From contig NMRA01000001.1 of assembly GCA_002633005.1 (NCBI GenBank), positions 2,835,695 to 2,899,694 on the forward strand: 64,000 nt of DNA, written 5' to 3'. The position numbers were made by a program, and so were the translations under genes. Within the stretch, counting starts at the first letter, position 1. Each line of letters opens with the position of its first letter. Positions 12,001 to 27,000 of this stretch are shown here, piece by piece. This stretch comes from Phoronis australis (lineage: Eukaryota; Animalia; Phoronida). Under the pieces are notes generated by a model. It was not told where the DNA came from and ran no database searches. It saw only the letters and a list, made by a program, of their open reading frames with translations.

Positions 12001-15000
12001 AAACAGAGCTGAATCAGATATGGGATTTTTAGTACTTGTTGCACAGCCACACAAAAGGATTAGAGTGCCTAATACTTTCATCTCTGTCCATTGTGTGGGG
12101 ACCTGATCTAGCTGTATCTCTCTTGGATTATTGTCGTAAAATTGTTTGTGAAGACGGCTACAAATGACTGCAGCTTGGTGTTGAATCTGAATACTTCTCT
12201 ACTACTTTGTATGAACTTTAGCATTGATGCATTTGACCTACATTGCGCCCCCTAGTGGCCTTCTTACTTATACTGTTTTTGTTAAATTCTCTGTTGCCCT
12301 CCTCCGTATCCTCCAAACTGTGTGAAGAATCATTATAATGGAGCGTGGCTGGCATGTTTCTGTAGAGGAGAGCACTGCTGACTTGCTTTGCAGTCCCTGA
12401 AAGCTATTGGAGTTTTACTGGCATTGCTCCCTTTAGTGGGAATGTTTAAAATAAGGATGTTCCTTCATTTCAGCATTCTGTGTGATGTACACCGTGTAGT
12501 GGTTGCATGTCAATGCTCTGCATTACTCCGGCCTTACATTTTAGTGCAGTGGTTACACATTTGAGCTTGGCAGTCACATTGAAAATGGTGGCTCAAAATG
12601 GTTCTTAAGTGGACAATGGCAATTTTTTCTTTTGTGTTATGGTGAACTTGAGTCATATTAACATACGATGGTAATGTTGTCTGTACTTCATCATTTGTAT
12701 TCATCATACGTCAAAAGATTTAGTTATTACATGAAATATATTTAAACATGAACGTTGCTTTTTTGTTGCAATTTATCTCATGCTATCAGCAATTAATCAC
12801 TCCGCAATCATGGGCCTACATTTGCGTCTCTGCTTAGCAACAAGACTGTCCATGGTGAGCATCCCTCGACTGTTATGGAGGACGACGAGTCCTCGGCCAG
12901 GCTGTCATCGGGTAACCAGCGTGTTTGCTTTTGCCCGCACATCTCCCAGTTCAAGCTGGAGGGAAGCCATAAAAACTCTGTGCGTTGCGGCAGGATGCGC
13001 TTTAGGAGTACTCTGGTACAGGACACTGTCTACCGCACATTCACTATGGAACAGCGGAGGATGCTGCATGGCAGGGTAGGTGAAACCATTACAGGACTAC
13101 TGGCTCCCTCTAGTGTTGACCATCAAAAGTAGTGAGCAATTGCTCTGTGTAATTGAATCACAGGCTTAGGTTAAACTTGGCAAGACCATTTAACAACTTG
13201 TAATGACAGATTTTAAGACTGTTTGATGTTTTTTTGTGGATAGCCAAAGGGTCACATCAGGTACGCAAAACAACTGTCATGGATGAAGATGCTAAGAAGT
13301 CATTATTTTCAGGTGGCTATTAATTATGCAGTCAAGTGTTGATTGAACAATTAAAACTTATGTCTTCTGAATGCTGATAGAGTCCTGCCCCAAAATTGTT
13401 AAAGATACTAGCCAAGGCTTATTTTGTTTTTTACCAACAATAGTGTGCATGTTTGATATCTTGTTTTCTACATTTCAAGCACAATTTTCTCTGTTTGGAG
13501 GCTAGATTATTTTCACACCTGGCGTAACTATTGGAATGTAGTTGTCTGTGTGAACCAAAAGTTTGCGTGTCCAATCCCTGACTGCAGGAATCAGTACTTT
13601 AAGTCTAGAGCAAGGTACTTAACCTGCAGTGCTTCACTGGACTTGGCTGTACATGTTTGAGTACTAGCCTTATGCGAGAGGTAGGTGGTGTCCTATCCCT
13701 GGGGTGTTGAAAGGCACTCGCACTACAGAAACTGGAGTAAGCAGCCAGTCCAATGAGTCCGATGGCTTGTGAAGGATTTACTTTCATTGGTTTATTACAT
13801 TTGACTCCTGGTAAAAATATACCGTCTCTTTTATGGTGTCATACAAGACAAAAATTCTAATTTTTGACTTGTTTTGTAGTTTTTACAAAACGGAATCCTC
13901 ATGGCTCATTTTCAATTGGACCCGAGCATCTGTGTGCACATTCACAGAGATCATTCCACTAATATGTTGTTTTTGTACTGCAACGTATTTCTGGTGTATT
14001 ACTGTACAGTGACTTAACGTGTGATTGACACCTGGCTTTAGATCACGTGTTACCTGGAAGAGATGGCACACAAGTGCGCTCATTGCGGCGGTGGTGAGTT
14101 CCTCACGCCTATTGCAGTTGAGACAAGCCCCCTGCTGGGCATGCCCATGAAGAAACAGCTGAAACGCATGAAACCACAACGACAACGGCAGAAGTCGGTG
14201 AGAAATGAACTCGTCCTCAATATTGCATTTTTGTCTAGCTTTAATGGTTGCAGATTTTTGTTTAGATTTTTGAGGTCAAGCGTGTGACTGTAGTACTGTG
14301 TCTACAAGTCTGTTGTCTGTGTCACTGTACTCGACTGTATGCTTCTGTTTATCAATCTTCAAAGTTATACAAAAAGCTGACCTTAAACATATTGTCTTTT
14401 TATGGTTTATGCCAATTTGATCCAAACCTGGTGCTGTCCTCTGGAGTGACTGGCATGGAAATTATAGTTTTGGATTAAATGGCGTAATGACAGGTTAATG
14501 AGCTTGCTGTTACTTGTGGTTTGTCAATATCGATGCTTGAGAACGAACAAAAATTTGCTATTCTTGGTTGGACAAGCCAGTGAGGATGATCATTCTAATT
14601 TTTGCTAGTAGTTTAAATCTAAACGTGAACTGATTATTGATAATTTCTCTTATATTTATTTTGTTCACTTTGAAAGCTTAGTTTTTACACTGTTTTCAAG
14701 TCTCTGAAGCCCCTATTTTGACTTCCCTCTAGACAAGTGTTAATGACCAAAAGGTGAATCCGTTTCTGCTGTACCAAAAATGATGGGAGATTCGATAAAC
14801 TGTGCATTTCTTCTGCCTGACATTGTATGTTTTTAATTTGTTGTTGCATCAAAATGTTATCGGCTAGGAAGTTAAAATTCACAAATTGTAATTAAAGGAA
14901 TACACCAAATATTGTTCGTATGGAGTTTCAGAAACCATTTGAAATTGTTGAAGGCATGACCTATTAAGTCAGCTACTTTTCGTTAGCTCTGCTTTATGAA

Positions 15001-18000
15001 ATTCTATATTTGTTTGTAGAAAACTGATGTTGAAAGGACTAAAAGTATCTCGCTGAAACCGAACCCGAAAGGTATACAAACTCAGTTTTAAATAAATGCA
15101 TTTTTATGCACCCACATATTTACATAATGTGGGTGCATTGTTTATGCACCCACATATTTACATAATGTGGGTGCATTGTGGCATCATCTCCGTCCGTCTA
15201 TCTGTCCGTCCGACATCATCCGCTCTATCGCCAAAGCCCTTTGATAGGTGTCTGTCTTATTTTGCAGACATGTTCCTGTCATATGTAGAACGGCATGAGT
15301 GAATTTTCATACAAATCCAACAACCTTTATGCCCCCTTTTGGCAATTTTAGTTGTTATGCTTGTATCTCTTCTCTCCAGACTTTGTTGACAGATTTTCAT
15401 GACATTTGACCAATAGGTGTCTATTAAGAAGACACTTATTCCTTTTTATTTTTGGATGGATTTGACATATATTCTTCTAGTTTTTTTGAGTCTGTTTTAT
15501 TGACTTTTGCTTCTTCATTGACCAAACCACTCTAGGATGGTTGTCACTCCTATCACATTGTCCTGTTACAGATGGATTTGACCTACGTTAAGAAATTGAT
15601 AGCCTGCGGCTGAACACTATGGTACTGTTCAAGTTATGTAAGCATTGACAAGCCTTAGGATTTTTTTAAGACAGAGCATGCCTTTCTACTTGTAAATGCT
15701 CTGGATGATTTCCATGGCAACAGGAATGAATTTCTGTTTTGGTAAGGACATTATCAAGACTCAATTTATTGGTATGAGTAGCCTTGTCTCAACATGAGAA
15801 AACGAAGATTCATTAATTTTTTGTTTTTTGTTTTTAGGTTTGACTGAAGAAGGAAGCAATTTTCCCATCAAGGCTGCCCTGTCAAATAATCTCAGGTAAC
15901 AATTGCTGTGGTAGGCATCTTTAACTGAGTACTGCTAGTAGGTACCATAATTCTCAAACCTTATTTAGTGACCTCCATTCTAACTCATATAATAACAAGA
16001 GCAACGCAGAGCGTTGAAATACGCCCATGAATGTATCACAAATGGTGTGCTTTTAGGGTTGTTTGTTTGCATCATCAAAATGGCCACTAGATGGCGCAAA
16101 ATACGCCAAATCCATCTGAAAACCAGAAAATGTCACTTCTTGTATTAAAAGAAAGCCATTTACCAAATTTTATCATAATTCGTCGAGGAACTTCAGAGAA
16201 ACAGAGGAAAACGAAAAAAATGAAATTGCGACTAGAGGGGCACAGTGTTCGTCAGATCTGTCGTTGTCTTCTGCTGTTAACTTCATGTAAATACACATGC
16301 TAAATTTAATAAAGATCCTGCAGAGGGCTTAAGAGATACAGGTATGGGTGCAAAAAAAAATAAAACCGCCACTAGGAGGCGCCGCAGTACTCAAAGTCTT
16401 TGGAAAATCATCGTCAACCTTCCCCTCCATAGAAAGAACATACATGCCAACTTTCACAATCATCCTTAGAGTGGTTATCAACCAGTTTAAGTATTTTTTC
16501 TGAAATAAAAAATGATCAGAGATTATGAACATACCGTATTCGCCCTAATAACCACCCAGGGCGCTTAGAAAAATTCATTTCAGGAGAGCGCTTATTGTAA
16601 CCCAAGGCGTGTGAAACCCGGTCTCTGAAACAGGTGAAATCAGAAGCTAAGATTCATTATATTTACGCTCTGTGGCATATCTGTAACCTATGAGAGACTT
16701 TCTACAAAATTGTGGTGCATTGCTATCAAACTTTGCTGTTAAATTACGATCATTTTACAGAAAATTGTGCATTAATCCCAGGGCGAAAACTCACCGACTA
16801 ACTGCCTCGCAATCGTCAATATGGCAACTTGAATGCTTGAATAAAAATACAGTTTCAACTCAGACAAGCAAATTACCTGAAATCCTCCTTATGTTTTCCA
16901 GATTGTGTCCCTAAGATTTTTAAGTTCCCGTAGAGTCAGGATTAACAGCAGGTTAAGTCCAAATCTGTGCTAGATCATGCCGTTTGTGATCGTAGGCCTA
17001 CCCGGTAACACAAGAAAAATCTCTGGACATGTTGTTGTCACATGACGTTTGTTTTGATGTTCGTCTGTGTGCGTGAGTAAGCGAGCACGTGCGTGTCACC
17101 AGAGTTTATTTGCCAGAATAAAGGCAATCTAACAAGCTATATGTGCATTGTACACAAGCAGAAAGCAGAACGTATTTTATTCAGCACTTGCCGGTCTAAT
17201 CTGCAAAAAAACGTTTGACAATTGCCTCGTTAAAGCCCTTATTAGTCGCCGTGTGGCTGGATGCGTACGTGACTGTCTGACAGTTGTTTTTCGGTATAAG
17301 GGTGTGTAAGCATTCACTGTCAGTGAAACTGTCGGAAATTAGTGCCAATATTTGTTTCTTGCTGAAGCTATACTACCCGTTTCATGAATGGATAGTTCCC
17401 GACTAATGTCTTTGATGACAGCCGGTACATGTATGTAGCGCGCGCTTCCTGGCCACATACTTTTAACCCTGGTCTAGTTTTTTTATTAAGTCTTCAATTC
17501 ACAGTTTTCACGTTTTCGAAGAAATTTGTAGGAGGTGCTTATAGGAGCATGGGCAGTTATTTGGGCGAATACGGTATGCTTTATATTGATGTGCCATTAT
17601 TATTACGTTAACTTTACACTTTTTGAAGCCAAAATTTCATTTTTACAAACTAAGGTACATCCATAACAAAAATAACCCCTTGGTCAATTTTAATGAAACC
17701 CTTTTTAAATGAAAACTTCACAATTCACCATCAAAAACACTGTTAAGTTTTGATTACTCATTTAATCATGTTTCTATGCCAAATTAAGTGGCAAAATGTA
17801 AGGTATTTTTGTAAAAAAAATTGCAGTCATATTCATCTATCTTATGGTACAAAAAAGCAGGCGTTTAAAAGAAGAATCCTAGCAGCGTTTTTCAGATTGA
17901 TGAATAATAGAAACTTTTGCCGTTTTCGAGAACTTCAGAAGTTCCTATTAAGTTCAAATTAAGTCGATTAGCAGAGAGAAAGCAGACTCAGTATTATGTC

Positions 18001-21000
18001 GTCTTGGTGAATGAAAGGACTGAGGGTACATATGGAACTGCTCTATTCCTAGTGAGAGATTTTATTTGAGTGACAGCCCTGTAACCTTTAACCTCAGATA
18101 TTAAGTAAGCAGTAAACAAATTTCCACACGGTTGTGCTAAATCCCTTTTTTCTTGCTACATGGTATATATTTTGTATTTGAAGTTCCCGAAAATGAAGAT
18201 AGGGTATTTTGCTAAGACATATATGTGAAATATTGTGAAAACGGCTTATTTTTGTGAATTAGGTTTGAGATATCCTTAAGGAAGTATACTTAATTAAAGT
18301 ATGCTGAGAGCTAACACCAAATCTTTGGACTTTGTCATTTTTGAGTTGAATATAATGACTTAAAGCATTTTAATGTTGATTCAACTTATGATTTGGGCCT
18401 CACTCTCCAGTCCTTCGTCAACAAATATCCGGCTTCTGCTGATTCCTGCAGTGGAGCTACCCGTAAGTAGAACACAATATAAATATCGGGAGGAGTTGAT
18501 GAAGCAGGCTAGCACGATTCCAAGAAGACAAAATGAGTTTTCCTGAATCTGAAATTTACTGCGGTTGAGCCATTACGATCACAAGTCAAATCAAATGTGT
18601 GACATCACAGTTTGTTCCTGTATTGTTGTCACCAACAGTGCTGTGCCACGTTACTCACAGCCAAAAAGCTGGTCACAAACATAAACAGTCATGCTTGTGG
18701 TTTCTGCTAGTTATATCCCAACCAATATGGAACATTCAGAGTTTCCAGTTGCGAAATGGATTGTAGCACAGTGTGAATTCAGTGTAGATAACACACAATC
18801 ATGTACTTTGTTGTGGTGAAAATTGTTACTGTTGTTGACTGTACCAAACACACTTGGCTCGGTCCTCTCATTTTGCAACTATACGCAGATTTGACACGCT
18901 GGTCTCTGAAATGGACGCTCCATTGGACGAGGTGGACCTCCGTGACTGTAATTGTAGCGTGGTGTTGTCCACGGTCTTCCCAGTGCTAGTCCACCACTGT
19001 GAGATGTCAGGGGACCCTATCAAGATGATCCACGTCTGTAGTCAGGCTGCTGTGGCGGCCATACAGACGCACAGTGCTGATGATGTAAGTGAGGGTTTGG
19101 TGTAGGCAGTGGGTTACTGTGAAATCTCGCCAGTTTTGGACAAGAATAGCTGCCGATCTTTTTTCGTTTTTAAGGGCTTTGGAAATTATTGTGAGTGCTG
19201 TCTATTTCTGGAGACATTGTCTGATGGTAGGAGGTATGGTATAGAACTAAAAATGTCGTGAACAATATTTGGTACTGAAGTAGATAAAGTTTCACTTGTC
19301 CTTCATGTTGCGTACTAAATTGGTGAAACTTTGCGGGAATTAAAATAAAATTGTTTTCAAAAAAGGTATATCCCAGCATTCTCAGCAAAGTTTTTGGGTT
19401 TCACCGAAGTCATGGTGTTAGGTCTGAACAACAGGATAGAAAAAGTTGCATGCAAATGTGTGTGAATAAATGTGTAAACTTTTCATCAAAAATGATTAAA
19501 AAGTGCCAATGACCGCCTTCTACTGCGAAATTTGTTGTCACCATCCTAAAGTCCTCCTATGTGAAATAATTCTTTGCAACTCTTGTCGACCCTCCAGAGT
19601 TTTAAACAAGTTTGAATACTCCTTACAATGACTGTTAACTTGGCATGTTTGGCTAAAGGTTTCCACCAGTTACACGTTTTTTGCGGGTAATTAACGGCAC
19701 GAATCATGGGATACACTTTGAGTAAAATGTTTAGTTGAATTTCATTGTTCAGTGAAGGAACATCAATGGGTCACAGAACCAGCTTTTGGTGAACACGGCA
19801 ATACAGGGTTAACATCATTCTATGGCTTCTTATAATTGTGAAGACATTGGCAGCATTTGCGACTTTTATGGTGACATTAGACAGGAATAGTCTGTCATCT
19901 CAATTTATATCTAAATTTCCATCCAACTACAAATTGTAGGCTCCAGTAACATTTTATTAATCAGAAATGTTAAAAATTTTCATTCAGTTGTTATTTTTGC
20001 CAAGATTGCTTTGAATCAGTTCATCTTTTTCTCATGTCCAAGTGGTCATTTTTATGCGCCTACATAGTATATTATGTGTTAGCACTCTGGGGGAATTCTG
20101 GGATACATAAAATTACAGTCATCCTTCACTTAAGGTAAGTTCGTCTAACTGTATAATTTTCCTTGCTTTTAGCAGGGTTTATATTGGTGTAGCTGGCCAA
20201 ACAACATACAGTAAAATTTTGAGCATTTACGACAATGTAGTAAGCTTCTGAAAAATAAATGTATGCCAATTTTAGCAATTATTGCTTTTATTCCAAATTG
20301 ATGAATTTTTACTGTAAGTATTCACAGACACAAGGCTATGGGTGGAAACCTCATGGATCACAGTTTTGCCTAAATTTTACAAATCAGAATCATATGGTAA
20401 CTTCTATTCACTGGCAGCTGTAATATGCCCAGTGAAGCAAAAGATAATGTGTGTACTTTTCACAATGAGTTGGGAGGATTCAGATCTGTTTGCAACTGAC
20501 TATTATGTAGTTCCAACAAAAATTCTGACCTACCATCATGTTTAATTCATGACCTCATTATCAATATACATCATCCCCCAACCACGAACTCTGCACATAG
20601 TATTTGGCTAGTAGACACCAGCTGATTGTATCTCTGAAGCAATTGATTGGAACTAATTTGCATGGCATCAGGGACATGCAAAAACATCATGCACCAGAAA
20701 TAAGGATTTTTGTGGATTTTAAATGATGTTGTACATTACTAATACTTAGGAATTTTTGTGAAGGTCACTTAACTAGAACAGAAGATGATTTTTTCGTGAT
20801 ACAAGTGTGTTTTGTAACAACAGAAGGTAGAACCTTGCAAATTTCTTCTTCTAAGTCCTTTGGTTGACAAAATTGTCGAGCAATAGTCAACAGGAGTGAG
20901 AAGAATGTCTTTGACTGGTTTCTACATTTATAGACGTTGAAGGTATGGTACTTGTCTCATTTTCAGACAGCTAAGTATTAACACGAGGCAGCAAAAGACA

Positions 21001-24000
21001 AATGAGTTTGTTACACGTTACAATTTTTTTACCACAAACAAAAGAAATCCCATAACCACTATTATCTTTTAAGAGACAGCCCTCAGTTGGCTGGACTATT
21101 GATACCATCTTGTTTCTCTCTTCAGTGTCTGCTGATGTTCTGTTGGACCATTAAAAAGTGCCTTGTTTTCCATTTGGTATTTTTTTTGCATTTGTTTTGA
21201 TCATAAAATGTTAGGCACAGTGTTTCTGTGTGGTTACTTGAGGTTTGCTCGCTCTGAATAGTGGTCATTTTTACCACAGGCCATTGCCTACTTGCTGCAA
21301 GCTGAGTTCATGATGAAAGGCTTTAAACAGGGTGTCAACATGTTACTGCCAGAAGAGAATGTAAATGAGAGCCTGATGGTGATTGAAAGTGAGGCCAGGG
21401 TGCACGCCCTCTTTGGTCTGGTAGGTCATCTACATAGGATATACATTACAACTGCTCCACTAAATGTACTACTCAGTACATTTTCCTTTTAAGTCTAAGA
21501 TGCTGTATGATTCAAATTAAACGTGTTCTAAACAAGGATTGCATTTTGTCACGGGTCGCAATGCTACTAAATGAAAACGTGTTTGTAATTCATCTTCCAT
21601 CTTCAGAAACCACATTTAATGCAGAATTGTTTGCCCTTAAGATACAATCAGGGTTTTAGCTTAGACTACGCCAATTTCTGTTACTAAAACAGTGCTCAGG
21701 ACTTTCAACTTATTGAGCAGTTCAATGGGACATCACAACTCCTTTCAGTTGTCGTGTATAATTTGTTTAAAATTTGAATCTTTTAACCTGTGACAGAAGT
21801 AATTGTTTATGCATTTTAGCACATTAACTCAAGTCTCAAATTGTGTGTAATATAACCTTAGTTAAAACGTTAATTGTTGACTTGCAATAGTCTGAGACAC
21901 TAAGCATTGTCAGCTTTTACCTGATGATTGTTAAATCCTTGTACTCAGGCCTACTTTCATATGGGTATGACTGAGGAATCCCTCCCACGGCTAAACGAGT
22001 CCCTGCGCATTCTGGGCCGGCCTCAACCATCTTATAAATGGACCATCTCTCTTAAGCTGAAGTTTGAGTTCTTCAAGCAGTGGCTGCACATTACCTTTCC
22101 AAACCACTACTTTGGATGTGCCAGGTAATTGTAATCATTTATCACTCACTGGTTTAATGAAGCCTTGTATATTGTGTTCAATATTTTAACGAGTTGTAGA
22201 CCTAGGACACGTCCAAAGTTCACTGATCACACACATGCACGCACACACACACACACACGCACGCACGCGCACACACACACACACACATGCCAGACTCACA
22301 AAACTGTTAGCTCTTTCTAATTGTCACTTGCTCTTGTTACCTAAAAATAAACTCCCCGACTACCCACCTGTATTCTAGGTAAATATGCTTCAAAATAATT
22401 TAACAATGAAATTTATTTGAAATTGTGCGGTTTCTTCATTTTGTGATGATTATGGGCCTCTCATTTTCCACTTCAGTAGGACCCTTGGGTGTGTTATAAA
22501 TTATCATCCAACAAATTTAAATGTTTTCTCCGTCCTAGGTTCCAGAAAATAAAAATACAATAAATTACAATAATTGAAGTACTGGTTGGTCTGTTGTTAT
22601 TTAAAAATTGACTGACAGTGTGTGGAATAACATGATGTTAAAATTATTTTAAAATTACAAGGTTTTAGATCTTTTTCCTGCCCATAGAATTGCTATGTAA
22701 CTAGGACGTCATAATCACTTAAAGGTTGTTCATTATCCACAGGCTTGCTATCACTTGTTATAATTATTCTTCAGCCCTCGAAAGTCCATTCGTTTCCTGG
22801 AGGCCACCCACTCCTTGTGCTATCTCTTCCAAATGTACTTTGAGAACAAGGACTACAAAATGGCGCTCCTGGTGGCCATGCAGGAAGTTAACCTAGCAGA
22901 AGAGTCCAATGAGGACCTTCACGAGGTTGGACCACTTGTTTCTAGCAAAGTTTTTTCACAATTCATTTCAATAGAAAAACTCAGCTGGGAGGCTTTTTTC
23001 CCCAGCATCAGGGGTCCAGGGCCCTCAATCTCTCGATATTTGGCCCCATTCCCTTCTGAAAAATATTGAAAAATCACGCAAAATTCTCCTTGTGATGTAC
23101 AAAAATTCCCCTCGAGGTTCAAATCACTTGTAACTCACACAGGTGAGAGTTTGAAAGAGCACTATGGCCACTTGAGGCAGGGCTTTCAACAGGATGGGGG
23201 TGCTACTGGTGGTGATCAGGAAGTAGAATTTCCCCCCACACCCCTCTTAAAAGGCACATTTTCCCTTGGATGAACAAGGCCCCTTGGGGACTCACCTGAT
23301 GCAAGCTGAAGTGGTTCAGTTCAGGGTCTTTATTTTGCGAGCAAGCATCACCTGTTGCCAGTTGTGAGGCACAGATTTCAAAATGGGTTGGGTGCAGGCC
23401 ACAACCAATTTTTGTCTAACATATTCAATTGGAAAAAATATAGTTTTGTTCTGTAACTAGTCGAGTTGAAAATTCAGCTGCATAATGACATTTTTGAGTT
23501 TTATAGCATATTTAATATGCCAATCTGTGCTTCAAATAAGCTGTACACGCCTTGATAAATTTGCTTTTGTTTCAGCTCATTGTAGCCTACACAAATGTAA
23601 TGCAGGCCTGTATTGTGAACAACAAGCGTGATCTAGCACGCACCTTTGAGAAGTCAGCTCTTTCAAGGTATGCATTAACTGCCAGTATTGGATCTGGCCT
23701 GTAGGTGGTGCTAGTTGTTTAGTAAGCCATGTGAACTCATCGGCAGAAAATTTTCCCTGGAAAACTTGGCAAATAGAATAGCCCTGTAAAGTGTGTATGG
23801 CTCTTTGTTTCAATGTGGCTTGCTAATCTCTCGTGTGCAATTGTCTAATGCTTAACAGCTCTTGGGATATTAAGTAAAGACAAAACTTGGCATATTAAAT
23901 CATTTATTATTCTCTACAAGAATGTGTTTTGTGATAGGTGTGCCACTATTATAAAAGAAATGGATCCCGACGACTTTGTGAACATATCTCACCTGTTTGT

Positions 24001-27000
24001 GCTCAGTCTCCGCCTCCGTCTGTCTCTTGGCAAACTCAAAGAGGCACTTGACTCTGGTAATTATATCTTTTTTTGAATGCATCTCATCTGTTCGCACTGA
24101 GGTTTTACCTTGTTTGTTCATTGGCAAACTCTGCATTCCGTTGGTAATTAAAGAATTTTACTTGTAAACACATCCCGTGCGTGAGTACCAAGTCCTCACA
24201 ATGTGCTTGTGTCGTGGCCAATTCAAGGTGCTTTGAACTACAATGGTTATAATTGGCCACAGACTGGCTGAACCAGATCATATTTCATGAACTACGCGAT
24301 GCTTCTTAAAACAGAGTGTGAACATTTTGCTTCACTTTAGGGCTGTTAGTATTGGATCAGGTTTGATTTGTCTGAGTAACAATTCAGATTGTGGTGTGTG
24401 AATTTACCAACAATAGTGTCAGTTTAGTTGTTGAAGCTGATTGGTTATTATGAATGGGGATTACGACAGGGCACATAAAACAGAAGACGTTGAATGTGCC
24501 GCAATTAATTTAACTGTGTGTGTATTCCAATGAAGTAAAATAATTATATGTTGCATAAAAAACTGATATAATATTCACATGTTTTTGTACCATTGGCCTA
24601 ATATTCTTTTATTTTAATGATTTCATAAATTAAATGTCTTGCAGATTGTTAACTTGATGTTTCCTTTTGTATCTCCAATCAGCTGACAAGGCCTACGTGA
24701 TCGCTGACAAGATTCATGACAACATCATGGAAGTTGACCTGTTCCCTCTCTACAGTCACACTCTGGCTATGTGCGGCAAGTAGGTTATTCATGCGATTGT
24801 CACGCCCTCTGGAGGCCAGACAGAAGGACTTGTTCTCAAATTTTTGCACTTAAATAAGAACTAAGAAACTGATTTTGAGGATTTGATGACACATTATAGA
24901 GGTTGAATACAACTTTAAAATAAAAAAAACTGTAAAATGTTGATATCAAATAATAGAACTCAAGTTATGTTTTAGTGTCTCTAAATAGTATAAACCTGAA
25001 GGCATAATGTAGTGTTAGCAACTTACAGCTGATTTCTATGGATTCTGGAAACAGGGATTCATTTTTCAGTCATCAGTGGGAAAGCCAGTTTTAAAAAATG
25101 ACAGCTTGGACAGCACGGCCAAGAGAGAAATAAGACGTCCTGTTTCAAGACAACCTTAGTGCAAACAACGGCTAATTTTTTATTGAAACCTACAATTCGT
25201 TGCTTTTAGTTCGAGAATTATTCAGACATAATTGAAATCATAGACTATTACCATCTATTTTTACCACAAATGTCACGCTACCGATTGCCAAATGCTGACA
25301 GCTATGTTTTTGTGGGAATACCTCCCTGTTATGTAATGTCAGGGTGACCTCATATGGAATCCCCACATACGGTGAATGTGAATTTGGACCTGGGCCACCA
25401 CTTTCAAATCCTAGGCGAGTCCCTTTCTGGAAACATTTTACTGACGCCTGTTGTCTCTTATCTCTCTGTGCATTGGGATTTTCTGCTATTTTAGGGACAC
25501 GTATGGTGAAATTCTGAAGAAATTGGACCGGCTGGCCGACGAGACAGGTGACCTGAACGCCCGATGCTGGTATTACTCTTGCACTCTCTACATGACGCTA
25601 GAGACTGGTAAGTTGAGGAAGGTGACCTTCTTTAAAACTGCCTTAAAACTAACCTTCCTCAAACAATTTATTTACACCTCCACTTAAATTTTATTTATAA
25701 GGTGGACTGTGTTCCATAGACCCAAGACATGAATGCACTTGTGGCAAGAAATATTTGCTCATGAAACGGGACCAGAGAATTCTATCCCATAATTTATTAC
25801 TTCTATCCCACAATTCATCAGCATTCCATCCTTACTGACTAATCACTTCAGTGGCAGCCACTTTGCTGAGCTTTGCGTGTAAGGTCTCGAGCAAACTCGT
25901 GGAACACTCGCTTTTCAGTCTCGTGATTTTTGTGTGATCTTGCTCTTTTTGCAAGAAACTTAGTGTGTGGAATTCTCTCCTGGTCTCAGCGTACTATTCC
26001 TTACACAGATAAGAAGTGATTGGTGGACTTGGGAAGAAAACCTACAGCAGCTGCTGTTTTTTTATTGCTAGAGGCGATTGTCGGCTTACAAAATGTCCCG
26101 CCTGGTCAAGCCAACTCACTGAACCTGACCTCAATCTATAATCAATTATTTAATAATTATATTGATCCAATGTAAGCCGGTGTTTTCATCACAACTAGCT
26201 GTGGAAGCTGTATGGTTATTGCATGTTCTGTAGGTTTTCAGCCTCAGGAGATTGAAAAATGCATCGCCTTTGGGACCGAAATTATGGAGACGCAGTCTCT
26301 GGTGAAAGAAGCTCTTCCGCGTCTTTGTCTGTTCGCCAACATATGCACCTGGTGAGCTGTCAGTCAGAGAGTTAATTGGGTCAACTGAAATACCAGTAAA
26401 GATTAACCAATAAAAAAGTAGAGTTGTTAGGTTTGGTTGATAATAAAAATGGTTTTGTTTGGTTTTAGTAACGGTTTGAACAATTATAGTAGATAATTGG
26501 CCTGCGAGCTGTGTGAGAAAGCTTTATGGTCTAGACTTGATTTAGCCTAGATTTGGAAACCGACGCTTTGTGGAGTTGAAACCAAATGGAGGGTTTTTGC
26601 TATGCTTTTTTCACAGCATTGTACAAAGAATTAATTCAGTTATTGGCTGCCTTCCCTAGGTTTTCACGTCATCGACGATGGCAAGAGGCTGAGCAGTGGT
26701 TCCGCCTTGCCACCTCATGCCAGCCCAAGGACATGTATTCCTTTCTGGCCATCACGGCCATAGCCAGGATAGTAGAGTGCGAACTGTTGGCATGTGCCAA
26801 CGCTCTCACAGACGCAAACCGCACCACGGCCAGAGTGACAGAGCTGAAAAACAACATCACACGGGTAAGAGCTAGTTCTTGGCTTAATTTGTTTCTCACT
26901 TCCCGCAGGTATGGTAGTAAAGACTTTAAAAAGTTATCGCTTTTGCCTTTTCAAGAAAGCGAACTTCCTAGCCATAACAATTGTTGAGAATATTTTTTTC

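Noticed and set aside
18452-18462. 11-nt microexon (cag|tggagctaccc|gtaagt)
   Set aside because: It breaks the frame between phase-2 neighbours and no compensating exon was found, so it is not included in the model.
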